Source: a virus
Taxonomy: Duplodnaviria; Caudoviricetes
Virus record (IMG/VR): IMGVR_UViG_3300042402_003469
Location: 1,040 to 65,039 of that record
Length of the DNA stretch: 64,000 bases
Reading direction: 5' to 3' (one strand)
Positions within the stretch are counted from its first letter, which is position 1. Every line of letters begins with the position of its first letter. The notes below the pieces were generated by a model. It was not told where the DNA came from and searched no databases. It was given only the letters and a program-made list of their open reading frames with translations. Position numbers and translations under genes: made by a program. This document shows, piece by piece, positions 29,449-39,698 of the stretch.

Positions 29449-30264
29449 ATGAAAAGAAGAATAAAAGAAGGATTCACAGACGAAGGAACACCAGATTTAA
29501 AGTATTACGCTTTTGATTGGGATGATAACATTGTTACAATGCCAACAAGAATTATGGTTAAGTCGGATAAAGGTGAAGATATCGGTATGACTACCGAAGA
29601 TTTTGCACATTATAGGTCTAAAATTGGAAAAGAAGATTTCGACTATAATGGTAACACTATTGTAGGGTTTGCTGAAGACCCTTTTAGAAATTTTAGAACA
29701 CCAGGTGATAAAGCGTTTTTAGTTGACGCTATGTTGGCAAAACCAGGTCCTGCTTGGAGTGATTTTGTAGAATGTATTAACAACGGTTCTATTTTTTCGA
29801 TTGTAACTGCGAGAGGTCACAATCCTAAGACATTAAAAGAGGGGGTTTATAATTATATTGTTTCAGGATTCAATGGAATCAATAAAGACGAATTGTTAAA
29901 AAATTTAAGAAAATATAGAAATTTTACAGGTGAGAGTGAATTATCAGACGCTCAATTAATTAAAAGTTACCTTGATTTATGTAGATTCTATCCCGTATCT
30001 TTTGGTACAGGAGCTGAGGCTAATCCTGAAGAAGAAAAAGTTAAAGCTTTGGAGGAATTTGTGGGGTATGTTAGAGAACTTTCTTCAAAATTACACAAAA
30101 GAGCGTTCCTTAAAAATAAGGTGAGTAATAATTTTGTACCAACGATTGGATTTTCTGATGATGACCTTAAGAATGTAGAAACAGTTAAGAAACATTTTGA
30201 AGACAAACCAGACAATATATTACAGACTTATTATACATCAGGAGGTGAAAAAGTTAAATATTAA
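29449..30264 (+). CDS. HAD-superfamily phosphatase-like protein
   Basis: Motif I FDWDDNI, motif II VTARG, motif IV GFSDDD. Confidence 0.7.
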   Translation: MKRRIKEGFTDEGTPDLKYYAFDWDDNIVTMPTRIMVKSDKGEDIGMTTEDFAHYRSKIGKEDFDYNGNTIVGFAEDPFRNFRTPGDKAFLVDAMLAKPGPAWSDFVECINNGSIFSIVTARGHNPKTLKEGVYNYIVSGFNGINKDELLKNLRKYRNFTGESELSDAQLIKSYLDLCRFYPVSFGTGAEANPEEEKVKALEEFVGYVRELSSKLHKRAFLKNKVSNNFVPTIGFSDDDLKNVETVKKHFEDKPDNILQTYYTSGGEKVKY

Positions 30265-30415
30265 TAAATTAATAATAAAAACTAGAAATAATCAATAACT
30301 AGATATTTTCTAGTAGAAGATTACAGAATAAAAAAATAAAGTAAATACAAAAATTTTAAAGTTGGAAGTATTTATAGTAATAAATAAAAAACAAAATAAT
30401 TAAAAATAAAATACT

Positions 30416-30904
30416 ATGGCTGATTTATTGATGAAAATGCCGATACCGTACGAACCGAAACGTCAGAACCGATTTATCTTACGTTTTCCTTCTACATTAG
30501 GTATTAACGAATGGTTTGTAGAATCAACTTCTAGACCACACATTAAAATTAATCCAACTGAGATTCAGTTTTTAAATACATCAACATTCGTTGCGGGTAG
30601 ATTCAACTGGGACCCTATTTCTGTTAAATTCCGTGACCCAATCGGTCCGTCGGCCGCACAGGCGCTTATGGAATGGGTACGTTTACACGCTGAGTCAGTT
30701 ACAGGACGTATGGGTTACGCTGCGGGTTACAAGAAAAATGTCGACCTTGAAATGTTAGACCCAACAGGTGTTGTTGTTGAGAAATGGATTTTGGAAGGTA
30801 CATTCTTAACTGACGTATCATTTGGTGATTTAGGTTATTCAAATGACGGTTTAGTACAAATTAGTGCATCTTTACGTATGGACAGATGTATCTTAGTTTA
30901 CTAA
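30416..30904 (+). CDS. Tail tube protein (T4 gp19-like)
   Basis: YEPKRQNRF...RP...AGR..W..I.V.F.D...EW...GY..GYKK...LDPTG.VVEKW.L.G; TATTTAT at 30369-75. Confidence 0.9.
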   Translation: MADLLMKMPIPYEPKRQNRFILRFPSTLGINEWFVESTSRPHIKINPTEIQFLNTSTFVAGRFNWDPISVKFRDPIGPSAAQALMEWVRLHAESVTGRMGYAAGYKKNVDLEMLDPTGVVVEKWILEGTFLTDVSFGDLGYSNDGLVQISASLRMDRCILVY

Positions 30905-30942
30905 TACAATACTATTGATAAAAAAATACATACTACTATATT

Positions 30943-30976
30943 TAACCATAGGGACACTATAAACTCTCTATGGTTA
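30943..30976 (+). terminator. Hairpin between the tube and chaperone genes
   Basis: TAACCATAGGGA...TCTCTATGGTTA (one G-U pair) followed by a T tract. Confidence 0.55.
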
Positions 30977-30986
30977 TTTTTTTTAT

Positions 30987-31742
30987 ATGGATACAACACA
31001 ACAATATGGACAACAAAACTTCTCTTTACCACACGATGTGGTAAAACTACCTACAGGAGGAGTATTTTACAAAAATAAAAAGAAATCGGTTAAGGTGGGA
31101 TATCTTACCGCGGCAGATGAGAACATCTTAATGGCTGGTGACAGTATAGGTAAAGATGGTTTGGTCATTACGTTATTACGTAATAAATTATATGAACCTG
31201 ACTTAAGACCTGATGAATTATTACAGGGGGATTTAGAAGCAATTCTAATCTTTTTAAGAAATAGTGCGTTTGGACCTGAGTATAATATTACATTGACTGA
31301 CCCTGACACTAACAAAAAATTTGAAACAACTATCTTATTAGATGAGTTATACATCAAAGAAACCAAAGAAAAACCTAATGATGAGGGATATTTTATTGTT
31401 CAATTACCAAAATCAAATTCTACCGTAAAATTAAAACCGTTATCATTTGGAGAACTTAGTGAGTTGGATAAAATGGCTGACCAGTACCCTGTTGGGAGAA
31501 TCGCCCCAAAACAAACTTGGAAATTAAATAAAATGGTTGTTGAAATTGATGGTAACTCAGATGTTGCTCACATTACACAAACCATTGACTCTTTACCAAT
31601 ATCAGATGCTAAGTTTATTAGAAACTTTGTTGAGGAAAATGAACCAAGACTTGACTTAGTCAGAAAAGTTAACGCCCCGTCAGGAAAAGAGGTATATGCG
31701 AATATAGCCTTTGGGGTGGAGTTTTTTCGGCCTTTCTTCTAA
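30987..31742 (+). CDS. Tail assembly chaperone/baseplate hub assembly protein (T4 gp26-like)
   Basis: VKLPTGG.FY...YLTAADENIL...LL.GD..AILIFLR...G..Y; ends EFFRPFF; lies between tube and tape measure. Confidence 0.75.
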   Translation: MDTTQQYGQQNFSLPHDVVKLPTGGVFYKNKKKSVKVGYLTAADENILMAGDSIGKDGLVITLLRNKLYEPDLRPDELLQGDLEAILIFLRNSAFGPEYNITLTDPDTNKKFETTILLDELYIKETKEKPNDEGYFIVQLPKSNSTVKLKPLSFGELSELDKMADQYPVGRIAPKQTWKLNKMVVEIDGNSDVAHITQTIDSLPISDAKFIRNFVEENEPRLDLVRKVNAPSGKEVYANIAFGVEFFRPFF

Positions 31743-31887
31743 TTATCGAGAAACCCAATCTTGGGAATATTATGTCTGTACTAAACACTTAAATGTTTCG
31801 TATACAGACTTTCTTTCTATGCCCGTATATCTACGGAGATATATAATTGACCAATTTGTTAAGGAAATTACTCCAAAAAATAATTAG
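31726..31887 (+). CDS. Unannotated +1-frame ORF (gp51/'T'-like chaperone extension), probably reached by a frameshift
   Basis: FGLSSNYRETQSWEYYVCTKHLNVSYTDFLSMPVYLRRYIIDQFVKEITPKNN*. It has no 5' ATG and overlaps TTT TTT CGG at 31722-31730. Confidence 0.65.
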   Translation, partial: FGLSSNYRETQSWEYYVCTKHLNVSYTDFLSMPVYLRRYIIDQFVKEITPKNN

Positions 31888-31914
31888 TCAATCTATTTAT
31901 ATAAAAAATAATTT

Positions 31915-33978
31915 ATGTTACAAACAGGTGGTAATAAAGATAACGAGGCGGAATTAGCCAAATTAAAAGCGGCGAACGAAGAAGCGTCTAAAGTTAGTTT
32001 AAGTGTTATACCTGGACTTGATGCGGTCATTAATAAAATGACGGATGTTAATAAGAGTTTAGGTGGTTTTACTAAAGAAATTAAAGACTCAATTGAAACC
32101 GTTGAAACTACGGTAAATTCGGTATCTAGATTATTTGCGGGTAGTCAACAGATGGCTCAAAATACAAGAGACCTTCTAAGAGATGCTACTCCGTCAGTTG
32201 CGGCGTTAGGTGGAAACATTGCTGATGTTGCTAAAATTCAAAAAGGTGTAATTGAAGGATTACAAACTCAATCAAGTTTAAATACTGACTCATATAAAGA
32301 ATTATACGCCGCGGGTTCATTGGTTGCGGGTGCAAGTGAAAATGCAGGTGCTAAAGCCGCTGCGATGATTCCTATGTTTGCAAATGCAGGTTATGGGATT
32401 AATAATATAGGTAAAGAAATGACGGGTATTCTTAATTCGGCGAAAGAATTAGGTGTTACTTCACAATCTGTATATAAACAATTAGAAGGACAGATGGGTA
32501 AGATGGCTTTGTACAACTTTGATGGAGGAGTACAAGGAATGGCTAAAATGGCCGCTCAAGCGTCTTTATTGAGAATTGATATGAGTCAAACTTTAGGTTT
32601 GGCCGATAAACTATTTGAACCTGATGCTGCGGTTCAAATGTCAGCCGCGTTCCAAAGATTAGGGGTTCAGGTATCTAGTTTACTTGACCCGTATAAATTA
32701 ATGGATATGTCAAGAAATGACCCTGCAAAACTACAAGAAGAAGTTGGTAAGGCATTAAAATCAATGACATATTTTGACGAACAAACTAAAAGTATTAGAA
32801 TTTTACCTGGTGCCCAAGGACAATTAAGAGAAATTGCCAAAGAAATGGGTATGAGTGCCGACCAAGTTGCGAAGTGGGCGATGAATGCTGGTGACCTCGA
32901 TAGAAAAATGAGGGAAATTACATTTAATCCTGAATTCGCGGATGAGGATTCTAAGAAAATGATTGCTGGTATGGCTCAACTTGGTGCGACTGGTGGTAAA
33001 TTTGAAGGTCAATATGTTATCAAAACCGCTTCAGGAGACGAAAAATTAGTTTCCGAAGTTAAGTCTGAAGACTTAAAGGAAATCCAATCGATGAATGAAA
33101 AATTGGCTAGCCCTGCAAAAATGCAATTAGAAGCGAATGGTATTTTAAAAAATATTGAAAACTTGATAGCCGCAAGACAAGGAGTTATAGGACGTGCGGT
33201 TGCAACACAACCTAGTTTTGTTAAAGATATTGAAAGTCTTGGTAAAATAGTTGCAACAGGTCAAGAAACTATTAATATGACTATGGGTTTACAACGAGAT
33301 GCTAATGATAAAAATCAAATTCACGTAGAATCCATATCAAAAAATATTCAAAAGTTAACAGACGTTCTTAGTAAATCATTTGATAAACTTAGTAAAGGTG
33401 ATATTACAGGTGCTGGACAAGAAATGGCGTCTGGTGGTAAGGCGGCATACGAACAAATTAAAGGTGCCGTTGGTAATGTCCCACAAAACTTTTCAGAATC
33501 TCAGGAGATGTGGGGGGGTAATGTTGATGTTACGGCAATTAAAACACTTCTTAGTAGTAGTATGTTATCAGAAATTCCAGATACTATTAAAGAACAAATT
33601 AATACTGCGTTAAATGGGTTGTCTGGAAGTCAAACGGTTAATAGTTCTAATGTACAAACCGCAGCACCAAACCCAACAATAACACCAAACCCAACAATAA
33701 CACCGAGTCAGATAACTAATCCTACTATTAATAATGGTAATGCAACACCACCATTACCTGAGACAGGTAATGTTAAAGTTGACGGAACTATTAGTGTTAA
33801 TGTTAACCCTATTGGTCTGGAAAGTTTTGTTATGGATATGTTGGCTAAATCAGATGTTTCAACGGCAATTTACCAAGGAAATAGTCGAACAGAAAGAATG
33901 ATGAATGACTTAAAAGGAAGTGGGGAAAACAAAGCTAAGGCAGGAAATTTATTTGGACCGACATCTGCGTTCGCATAA
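31915..33978 (+). CDS. Tape measure protein (putative)
   Basis: Ala/Gly/Met-rich helical protein right after the tube and chaperone genes; TATTTAT at 31894-31900. Confidence 0.7.
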   Translation: MLQTGGNKDNEAELAKLKAANEEASKVSLSVIPGLDAVINKMTDVNKSLGGFTKEIKDSIETVETTVNSVSRLFAGSQQMAQNTRDLLRDATPSVAALGGNIADVAKIQKGVIEGLQTQSSLNTDSYKELYAAGSLVAGASENAGAKAAAMIPMFANAGYGINNIGKEMTGILNSAKELGVTSQSVYKQLEGQMGKMALYNFDGGVQGMAKMAAQASLLRIDMSQTLGLADKLFEPDAAVQMSAAFQRLGVQVSSLLDPYKLMDMSRNDPAKLQEEVGKALKSMTYFDEQTKSIRILPGAQGQLREIAKEMGMSADQVAKWAMNAGDLDRKMREITFNPEFADEDSKKMIAGMAQLGATGGKFEGQYVIKTASGDEKLVSEVKSEDLKEIQSMNEKLASPAKMQLEANGILKNIENLIAARQGVIGRAVATQPSFVKDIESLGKIVATGQETINMTMGLQRDANDKNQIHVESISKNIQKLTDVLSKSFDKLSKGDITGAGQEMASGGKAAYEQIKGAVGNVPQNFSESQEMWGGNVDVTAIKTLLSSSMLSEIPDTIKEQINTALNGLSGSQTVNSSNVQTAAPNPTITPNPTITPSQITNPTINNGNATPPLPETGNVKVDGTISVNVNPIGLESFVMDMLAKSDVSTAIYQGNSRTERMMNDLKGSGENKAKAGNLFGPTSAFA

Positions 33979-34037
33979 TATCATAGATACTTTAAAAAAA
34001 ATAAAACTATTATCTATTTATAGATAAAATAAAAAGG

Positions 34038-37000
34038 ATGCCAAGTACGTTAACATTTCCATCTACTGAAGGGTTTAGAAATAAGTTATTAGCAAGAAAC
34101 TTATCTGCATATACAGTGCCAGGTAGTTATGTTCCTCCTTCAGGAACAATAGTAAAAGAAACCGTTCTTAGAGATGAGGGAGTGCTTAATCAGGATGACT
34201 CTTTAATTGAAAATCCACCTAAAAATTTAGGACCTACATTCCACGGGTTATATAATTTAAATGAATATGGACCTGATAGCGGATTTGGAGACACTATAAC
34301 TCAATCACAACCAATCGTATTATCAAATAATAATGGTGTTTATGATATAACAGACACTTCATTACCTCAACAAAGTTTGGACGGTAATACTTGGCCTTCA
34401 TATAATTCTAACGCAATTGCTGAGCAGGATATTACCTCAGTTAATAGATGGGCGTTCACGACAATTCAATTGGCTCAAATTGGAAATCTACTTCTTACTC
34501 CAAAGTTTGAAGAATATGATGTTTTAAACGCTAGTTTACCTGAACAAAGTTTAAATGGTAATACTTGGCCATCGTACAACTCAAACGCGATTTCTGAAGA
34601 AGATATTCCATCAGTAAACAAATATTCATTTGATTTTGTACAATTAGCATTAATTGGTAATTTGTTATTAACACCAATCTATTCTAGATACGATATTAGT
34701 CAAGCATCACTACCCCAACAAAGTTTGGATGGGTTAGGGTGGCCGTCATATAACTCTAATGCAATTAATGAAAATACTATTTCATCAGTTAATAGATACG
34801 GTTTACCGTCAATATTATTATATCAAATTAACGATGTAATATTATCGCCAACATACGAACAATATAATTTAAATTTAGCGAGCTTACCACAACAAAGTTT
34901 AAATGGTAATACTTGGCCATCATATAATTCTAATGCAATATCCGAAGAAGATATTCCTTCTGTTAATAGATGGAGTACACCTTATGTTAATTTATTTTCA
35001 ATTGGTAGTGTCATTTTAGCACCTAAATTTGAAGAGTATGATATAAATAATGCCACACTACCTGAACAGAGTTTAACAGGTGCAGGATGGCCGTCGTATA
35101 ATCCAGCATTATCTCAACAGGAATTACCTACGGCTAATAAGTATTCTTGGGACAATGCAAATATTGAATTATATTCGGTTGAAACTAAACAGTTAACACC
35201 AAGTTTTTCATCGTATTTCACTTTTGTTCCTTCATATTATACACCTTATCAAATACTATTACAAGACGACCCGACAGGTTCTGACGGTAGTTTATCTCAG
35301 GACTCGTATATTGTACAACTTGGGGCAAAAACTCTTAGACAAGAGTTAAAAGAAAGAATTGACAGACAATTAATAAAGAATACTGTTGGTAGAATTAATT
35401 TACCTAACGCGGCTAACGACCCATTAATGGCCGTTCAGATGTTACAAGGTAAAATACCTTTAGTTGAGAGAGATTGGGTTATTACTCGACCTGGTAATAT
35501 TTTATTTAGAGCTGCGGATTTCGCAGCAAGACTTGGTGGTTTTTATTTTCCAGGTTCTGAAATTCCTGGTGATTATTTTGAAACTGACCCTAAAAATTTA
35601 AACCTTGCGGGTCAAATAGGTAAAGCCCTTGGTATTAGTAGTAATAAAGGATTGATTGGTAGGTTAACTCATCAAAAGTCCGCGTCCCAATTATTTCTTA
35701 ATAACACGGGTGGTGGACAAAAATCACAACTTTATTATACCTTAGGATTTAACAGATATGGACCTGATTATGATAAAGGGATTATTGGTAATCTTATTGA
35801 CGGTGCTAAAAACTTATTAAACAGTATTTTAGATAAACCAACTAAAGGTGGTTATTACGTTGGTAGTAAAGAAGTTGACCCTAGTTATGTTGATGGTCCT
35901 TCAGGTAAATTACCTTTAAATATGTTTGGAGAAGAAGTTCAAACATCTGTTTACGGACCTAATGTTTTAGCTGACTTATACGAGCCAGGTTTAGATGGTA
36001 TTAAATTTGGTTTTGCGGGGGATTCTTTCTATGGAAATGGAGGACTTGCAGGAGGATTAACTTGGTCAACGGCGAATTCCAATTCAAAGATTGGGTATAA
36101 AGTTGGTAAAAATGGTAACCCAGTTAGTATTGATTCCGAATATAACCAAACTAAATCTTATTTAAGTATTGATTTAAGTACTACTGATAAAAATTTCAGA
36201 GAAGGTTCTATTCTATGGCATACTCAAAAATTAGTTGAGGCTGGTGAAGGGGATACTGCTCACGTAGGTAACGCCATTAATCAAATCAGTAAAGTCTTTA
36301 ATGATGGATATAAAGAAATTACTAAAGGTTCTAAAGTGATGAGTTATGTTGATGAAGGTGGAGTTGTAGTTGGTAAAGAATATTGTAGAGTTTTTACTAA
36401 AGATACTCCATATTTTACATATGCAGATTTACAAAAGAGAGATGGTAATCATAGAGGATATTCGTATTCTGTTTTAGATAAAACATATAATCTTAATATT
36501 GCACCTTTAAAAGGTACATCAACCTCAAGTTCTACAAATATTAAAGATGGTAGAGTAAAAAAATATATGTTCTCACTTGAAAATTTAGCTTGGAGAACAT
36601 CAAACAGACCTGGTTTAACATATCTTGATTTACCTGAGTGTGAGAGAGGTCCTAACGGAGGTAGAGTTATGTGGTTTCCACCATACGATATTAGTTTTAA
36701 TGAAAACGTAACACCAAGTTTTCAGGGACAAGATTTCTTAGGTAGACCTGAACCCGTATATACATATAAAAGTACTCAAAGAACGGGTACTTTAAATTGG
36801 AAAATTATTGTTGACCACCCGTCAATTTTAAATACGATTGTTGAAAAAGAATTAAAGGGTAAAAATAAAGATTTAATTAACGGTGTTGTTGATGCGTTTT
36901 TTGCGGGATGTAAGAAATATGATATCTATGAGTTAGCCAGAAAATATAATACAATACCAATTAGTGAGTTGTTCTATATGCAACAAATCATTACTAATCC

Positions 37001-39698
37001 AAATGTAAGACCTGAAGATGTTGAGAGTTTTGAACTACCAACGGTTGAAGAACAAGTAAAACCACCAACAACAATCCCAACAAATATTGATTTAAGTAAA
37101 TGGGTTGGTTTAGGGTTTTATTTTGATAATGATTATCCTAATCCAAAAACTACTCAAACTACAACTACAGATAGTTTTGCGAGTTTATATACTAACTACA
37201 CTGCTAAACAAGCGACATATCAGACTAATGCGACTGCCGCAAACAAACCTTTAGTAGATAACTTCTTTAAAGATGTTGTTATTTTCAACTATTCTGAAAC
37301 TGAGAAATTCTTAAATGATTTAGTTTCTACGTTTGAAAATAATAAAACACCTGATGGAACAAAAACCTCAGCTAAGGTTGAGTTAGTTTTAGATGGTAGT
37401 GCTTCGGCCCCTAACACCGCAGCGTATAATAAAAATTTATCACAACGAAGAATTTCTTCGGTTCAAAATTATTTAAAAACTTGGAATAGTGGTAAATTAA
37501 AAAAATACGTTGACGACAAAGTTTTAACGGTTAAGGATGGTGCGGCATTAGGTGAATCTCCTACTAACGTTTCACCTAAATCTAAAGGTGGTGGAACATT
37601 AGGTCCTTTTAACTGTTCTGATGGTGACCCATCAGCGAATAAAAATACTGAAATTTACACACCTAATGCTATGGCTTGTAGAAGAGTTAGTATTAGAAGT
37701 ATAAACTCTAATGTGGAGCCAACCCCTACAATATCGAAAGAAGGTAGCACTCAAGGGGGTAATGGTGGTAGTATTAAACTTGGTTATAAACCAGCGACAC
37801 CCGTACCTCCAACAATCACCACAACCCAAAAACTTAAGGATGGTATTAGTAAAAAAATACTTAGAAGATTGTTATCTGAATGTGACTATTTTACATTGAT
37901 AGAAGAACAGAATCCTATGTTTTATGATACTATTAAAGAAAAGGTAAAATATTTTGACCCTGCGTTTCACTCTATGACACCTGAAGGTCTTAACTCTAGA
38001 TTAACTTTCTTACATCAATGTACAAGACCTGGTGATACTATTCCTGTAATTGGTAATGATGGTAAACCTAAATATAATAGTTCAGTTAACACTAGTTTCG
38101 GTGCACCTCCTGTTTTAGTATTAAGAATAGGGGATTTTTATAATACAAAAATTATCCCTACATCGTTACAGATAAGTTACGACCCGTTAGTTTTTGATAT
38201 TAATCCTGAAGGTATTGGAGTTCAACCTATGATTGCTAAGATATCGTTAGGGTTTAACTTTGTTGGTGGTTCAGGATTGAAAGAGCCGATTGATAAATTA
38301 CAAAACGCACTATCATTCAACTATTATGCGAATACTGAGATGTATGATGAAAGAGCTGATTGGACCGACGATTCATTTAAAAAGATTGATAATGATTTAC
38401 TTAGGGCTTTATTAGATAAGACACCTGTAGTTGGTGTAAATGATGCTAATAACGCATTGTCTAATGAGGGGGGTACTACTATTGGGGTCATCCAAGAAAA
38501 AGTGGAATCTGATTTAGGAACTAGCGGTACCATTACTTATCAAAAAATAATGGACGAGTCATTATTAAAGGGAGGTCAATCTTACATTGATACTACTTTA
38601 AATAAAATCGAACAAATAACTAAAGATTATAACTTCCAAATTTATACTGCGTATTCTCAGGGTAGAAAATATGTTAAAGGTAATACTAAAGAATTTACAA
38701 CACCTAAAGAATTGAAAATTTACGGTAAAACAGATACTATCGAAAGTAATATTAGTAAATTATATGAAATGGTAATCGCCGATATCGATAAGGTTAATAG
38801 TAAAAATGATGATGGACTTAAATACATTACTAATCTATATCAAAACGATTTTCAAAATTCTGTAATTAAGAAAGTTAAAGAAAATTTGAAAAACGCGGTA
38901 AATAAAACCAAATCAAATGTGTTAACCGCTCTAACATCAGCGGATAATGAAATGACCAAAGCTCAATTAGAGTTGATTAGAACGTTGGCTAAGTTAGATA
39001 TTGTTGATACGAAGTGTGATGGTTATATTAAAACCGACCAAACGGCTAAAATTTATAATATAACTGCAACTACTGAAGTCCAATCTGGTTCAACATTTGC
39101 AAATACTTATGATGAATTAGTTGGGGACTACAGTTCTGCAATAGATTCACTATATTCTTTTTATACCGATATGACGAGTTATAAATCAACAGGAAATACC
39201 CCTAAAACATACTCTTTAGTTGATTTGGAATATAAACCTGATAATTTAAAAACATATAAAGATGGTGGTTTAGGTACCGACCCTAAAAATGGTGATGAAG
39301 AAAGAAGATTTTATGCTTTGATGAGTAAAACAATTTTAGATGGTAATTTATTTGAATCTTTTATTAAAGATGTTGTACCAACTGACATTGCAAATTCAAA
39401 GTCAGCAGGTCCTACATTAATTGATTATACTAAAACATATTTTACGAATATTAAATCAAGTTATAAAGAAGAATATGATGCGGAACAATTAATCGTTAAG
39501 ACATTTAAAGAAACCGAAAATTACAAAGACAAATATTCTAAATGGACACCATATCCGTCAGGTAAGATTAGAAAGTTTGACTTCAATGGGTATGTCGAAG
39601 GTACTGGTGAACAAACAACCAGAGTACAAAATTTATATAAAAATGGTAACTCGAATGAAGATACCGCAACATTTAACGGAAAAAATAAACTAAACTAA
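34038..39698 (+). CDS. Very large baseplate/tube-initiator-like protein with N-terminal 58-aa repeats and an inserted OmpA-like domain
   Basis: WFPPYDISFNE...FLGRPEPVYTY..T.R and PPVLVLRIGDFY.TKII..SL.ISYD resemble tube-initiator halves. They flank FYFDND...GSAS...YNKNLSQRR...GE...CRRVSI. Confidence 0.65.
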   Translation: MPSTLTFPSTEGFRNKLLARNLSAYTVPGSYVPPSGTIVKETVLRDEGVLNQDDSLIENPPKNLGPTFHGLYNLNEYGPDSGFGDTITQSQPIVLSNNNGVYDITDTSLPQQSLDGNTWPSYNSNAIAEQDITSVNRWAFTTIQLAQIGNLLLTPKFEEYDVLNASLPEQSLNGNTWPSYNSNAISEEDIPSVNKYSFDFVQLALIGNLLLTPIYSRYDISQASLPQQSLDGLGWPSYNSNAINENTISSVNRYGLPSILLYQINDVILSPTYEQYNLNLASLPQQSLNGNTWPSYNSNAISEEDIPSVNRWSTPYVNLFSIGSVILAPKFEEYDINNATLPEQSLTGAGWPSYNPALSQQELPTANKYSWDNANIELYSVETKQLTPSFSSYFTFVPSYYTPYQILLQDDPTGSDGSLSQDSYIVQLGAKTLRQELKERIDRQLIKNTVGRINLPNAANDPLMAVQMLQGKIPLVERDWVITRPGNILFRAADFAARLGGFYFPGSEIPGDYFETDPKNLNLAGQIGKALGISSNKGLIGRLTHQKSASQLFLNNTGGGQKSQLYYTLGFNRYGPDYDKGIIGNLIDGAKNLLNSILDKPTKGGYYVGSKEVDPSYVDGPSGKLPLNMFGEEVQTSVYGPNVLADLYEPGLDGIKFGFAGDSFYGNGGLAGGLTWSTANSNSKIGYKVGKNGNPVSIDSEYNQTKSYLSIDLSTTDKNFREGSILWHTQKLVEAGEGDTAHVGNAINQISKVFNDGYKEITKGSKVMSYVDEGGVVVGKEYCRVFTKDTPYFTYADLQKRDGNHRGYSYSVLDKTYNLNIAPLKGTSTSSSTNIKDGRVKKYMFSLENLAWRTSNRPGLTYLDLPECERGPNGGRVMWFPPYDISFNENVTPSFQGQDFLGRPEPVYTYKSTQRTGTLNWKIIVDHPSILNTIVEKELKGKNKDLINGVVDAFFAGCKKYDIYELARKYNTIPISELFYMQQIITNPNVRPEDVESFELPTVEEQVKPPTTIPTNIDLSKWVGLGFYFDNDYPNPKTTQTTTTDSFASLYTNYTAKQATYQTNATAANKPLVDNFFKDVVIFNYSETEKFLNDLVSTFENNKTPDGTKTSAKVELVLDGSASAPNTAAYNKNLSQRRISSVQNYLKTWNSGKLKKYVDDKVLTVKDGAALGESPTNVSPKSKGGGTLGPFNCSDGDPSANKNTEIYTPNAMACRRVSIRSINSNVEPTPTISKEGSTQGGNGGSIKLGYKPATPVPPTITTTQKLKDGISKKILRRLLSECDYFTLIEEQNPMFYDTIKEKVKYFDPAFHSMTPEGLNSRLTFLHQCTRPGDTIPVIGNDGKPKYNSSVNTSFGAPPVLVLRIGDFYNTKIIPTSLQISYDPLVFDINPEGIGVQPMIAKISLGFNFVGGSGLKEPIDKLQNALSFNYYANTEMYDERADWTDDSFKKIDNDLLRALLDKTPVVGVNDANNALSNEGGTTIGVIQEKVESDLGTSGTITYQKIMDESLLKGGQSYIDTTLNKIEQITKDYNFQIYTAYSQGRKYVKGNTKEFTTPKELKIYGKTDTIESNISKLYEMVIADIDKVNSKNDDGLKYITNLYQNDFQNSVIKKVKENLKNAVNKTKSNVLTALTSADNEMTKAQLELIRTLAKLDIVDTKCDGYIKTDQTAKIYNITATTEVQSGSTFANTYDELVGDYSSAIDSLYSFYTDMTSYKSTGNTPKTYSLVDLEYKPDNLKTYKDGGLGTDPKNGDEERRFYALMSKTILDGNLFESFIKDVVPTDIANSKSAGPTLIDYTKTYFTNIKSSYKEEYDAEQLIVKTFKETENYKDKYSKWTPYPSGKIRKFDFNGYVEGTGEQTTRVQNLYKNGNSNEDTATFNGKNKLN
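34341..35210 (+). repeat. Five tandem 174-nt (58-aa) repeats
   Basis: Trp codon of WPSYN at 34392, 34566, 34740, 34914 and 35088 (exact 174-nt period). Confidence 0.9.

Noticed and set aside
33667-33702. 18-nt direct duplication (PNPTIT x2) in the tape measure gene
   Set aside because: Ordinary slippage in a low-complexity linker.
5438-35210. Tandem repeats as CRISPR arrays or DGR template/variable repeats
   Set aside because: All have periods divisible by 3, lie inside ORFs and lack unique spacers; no cas or reverse transcriptase gene and no adenine-specific divergence seen.
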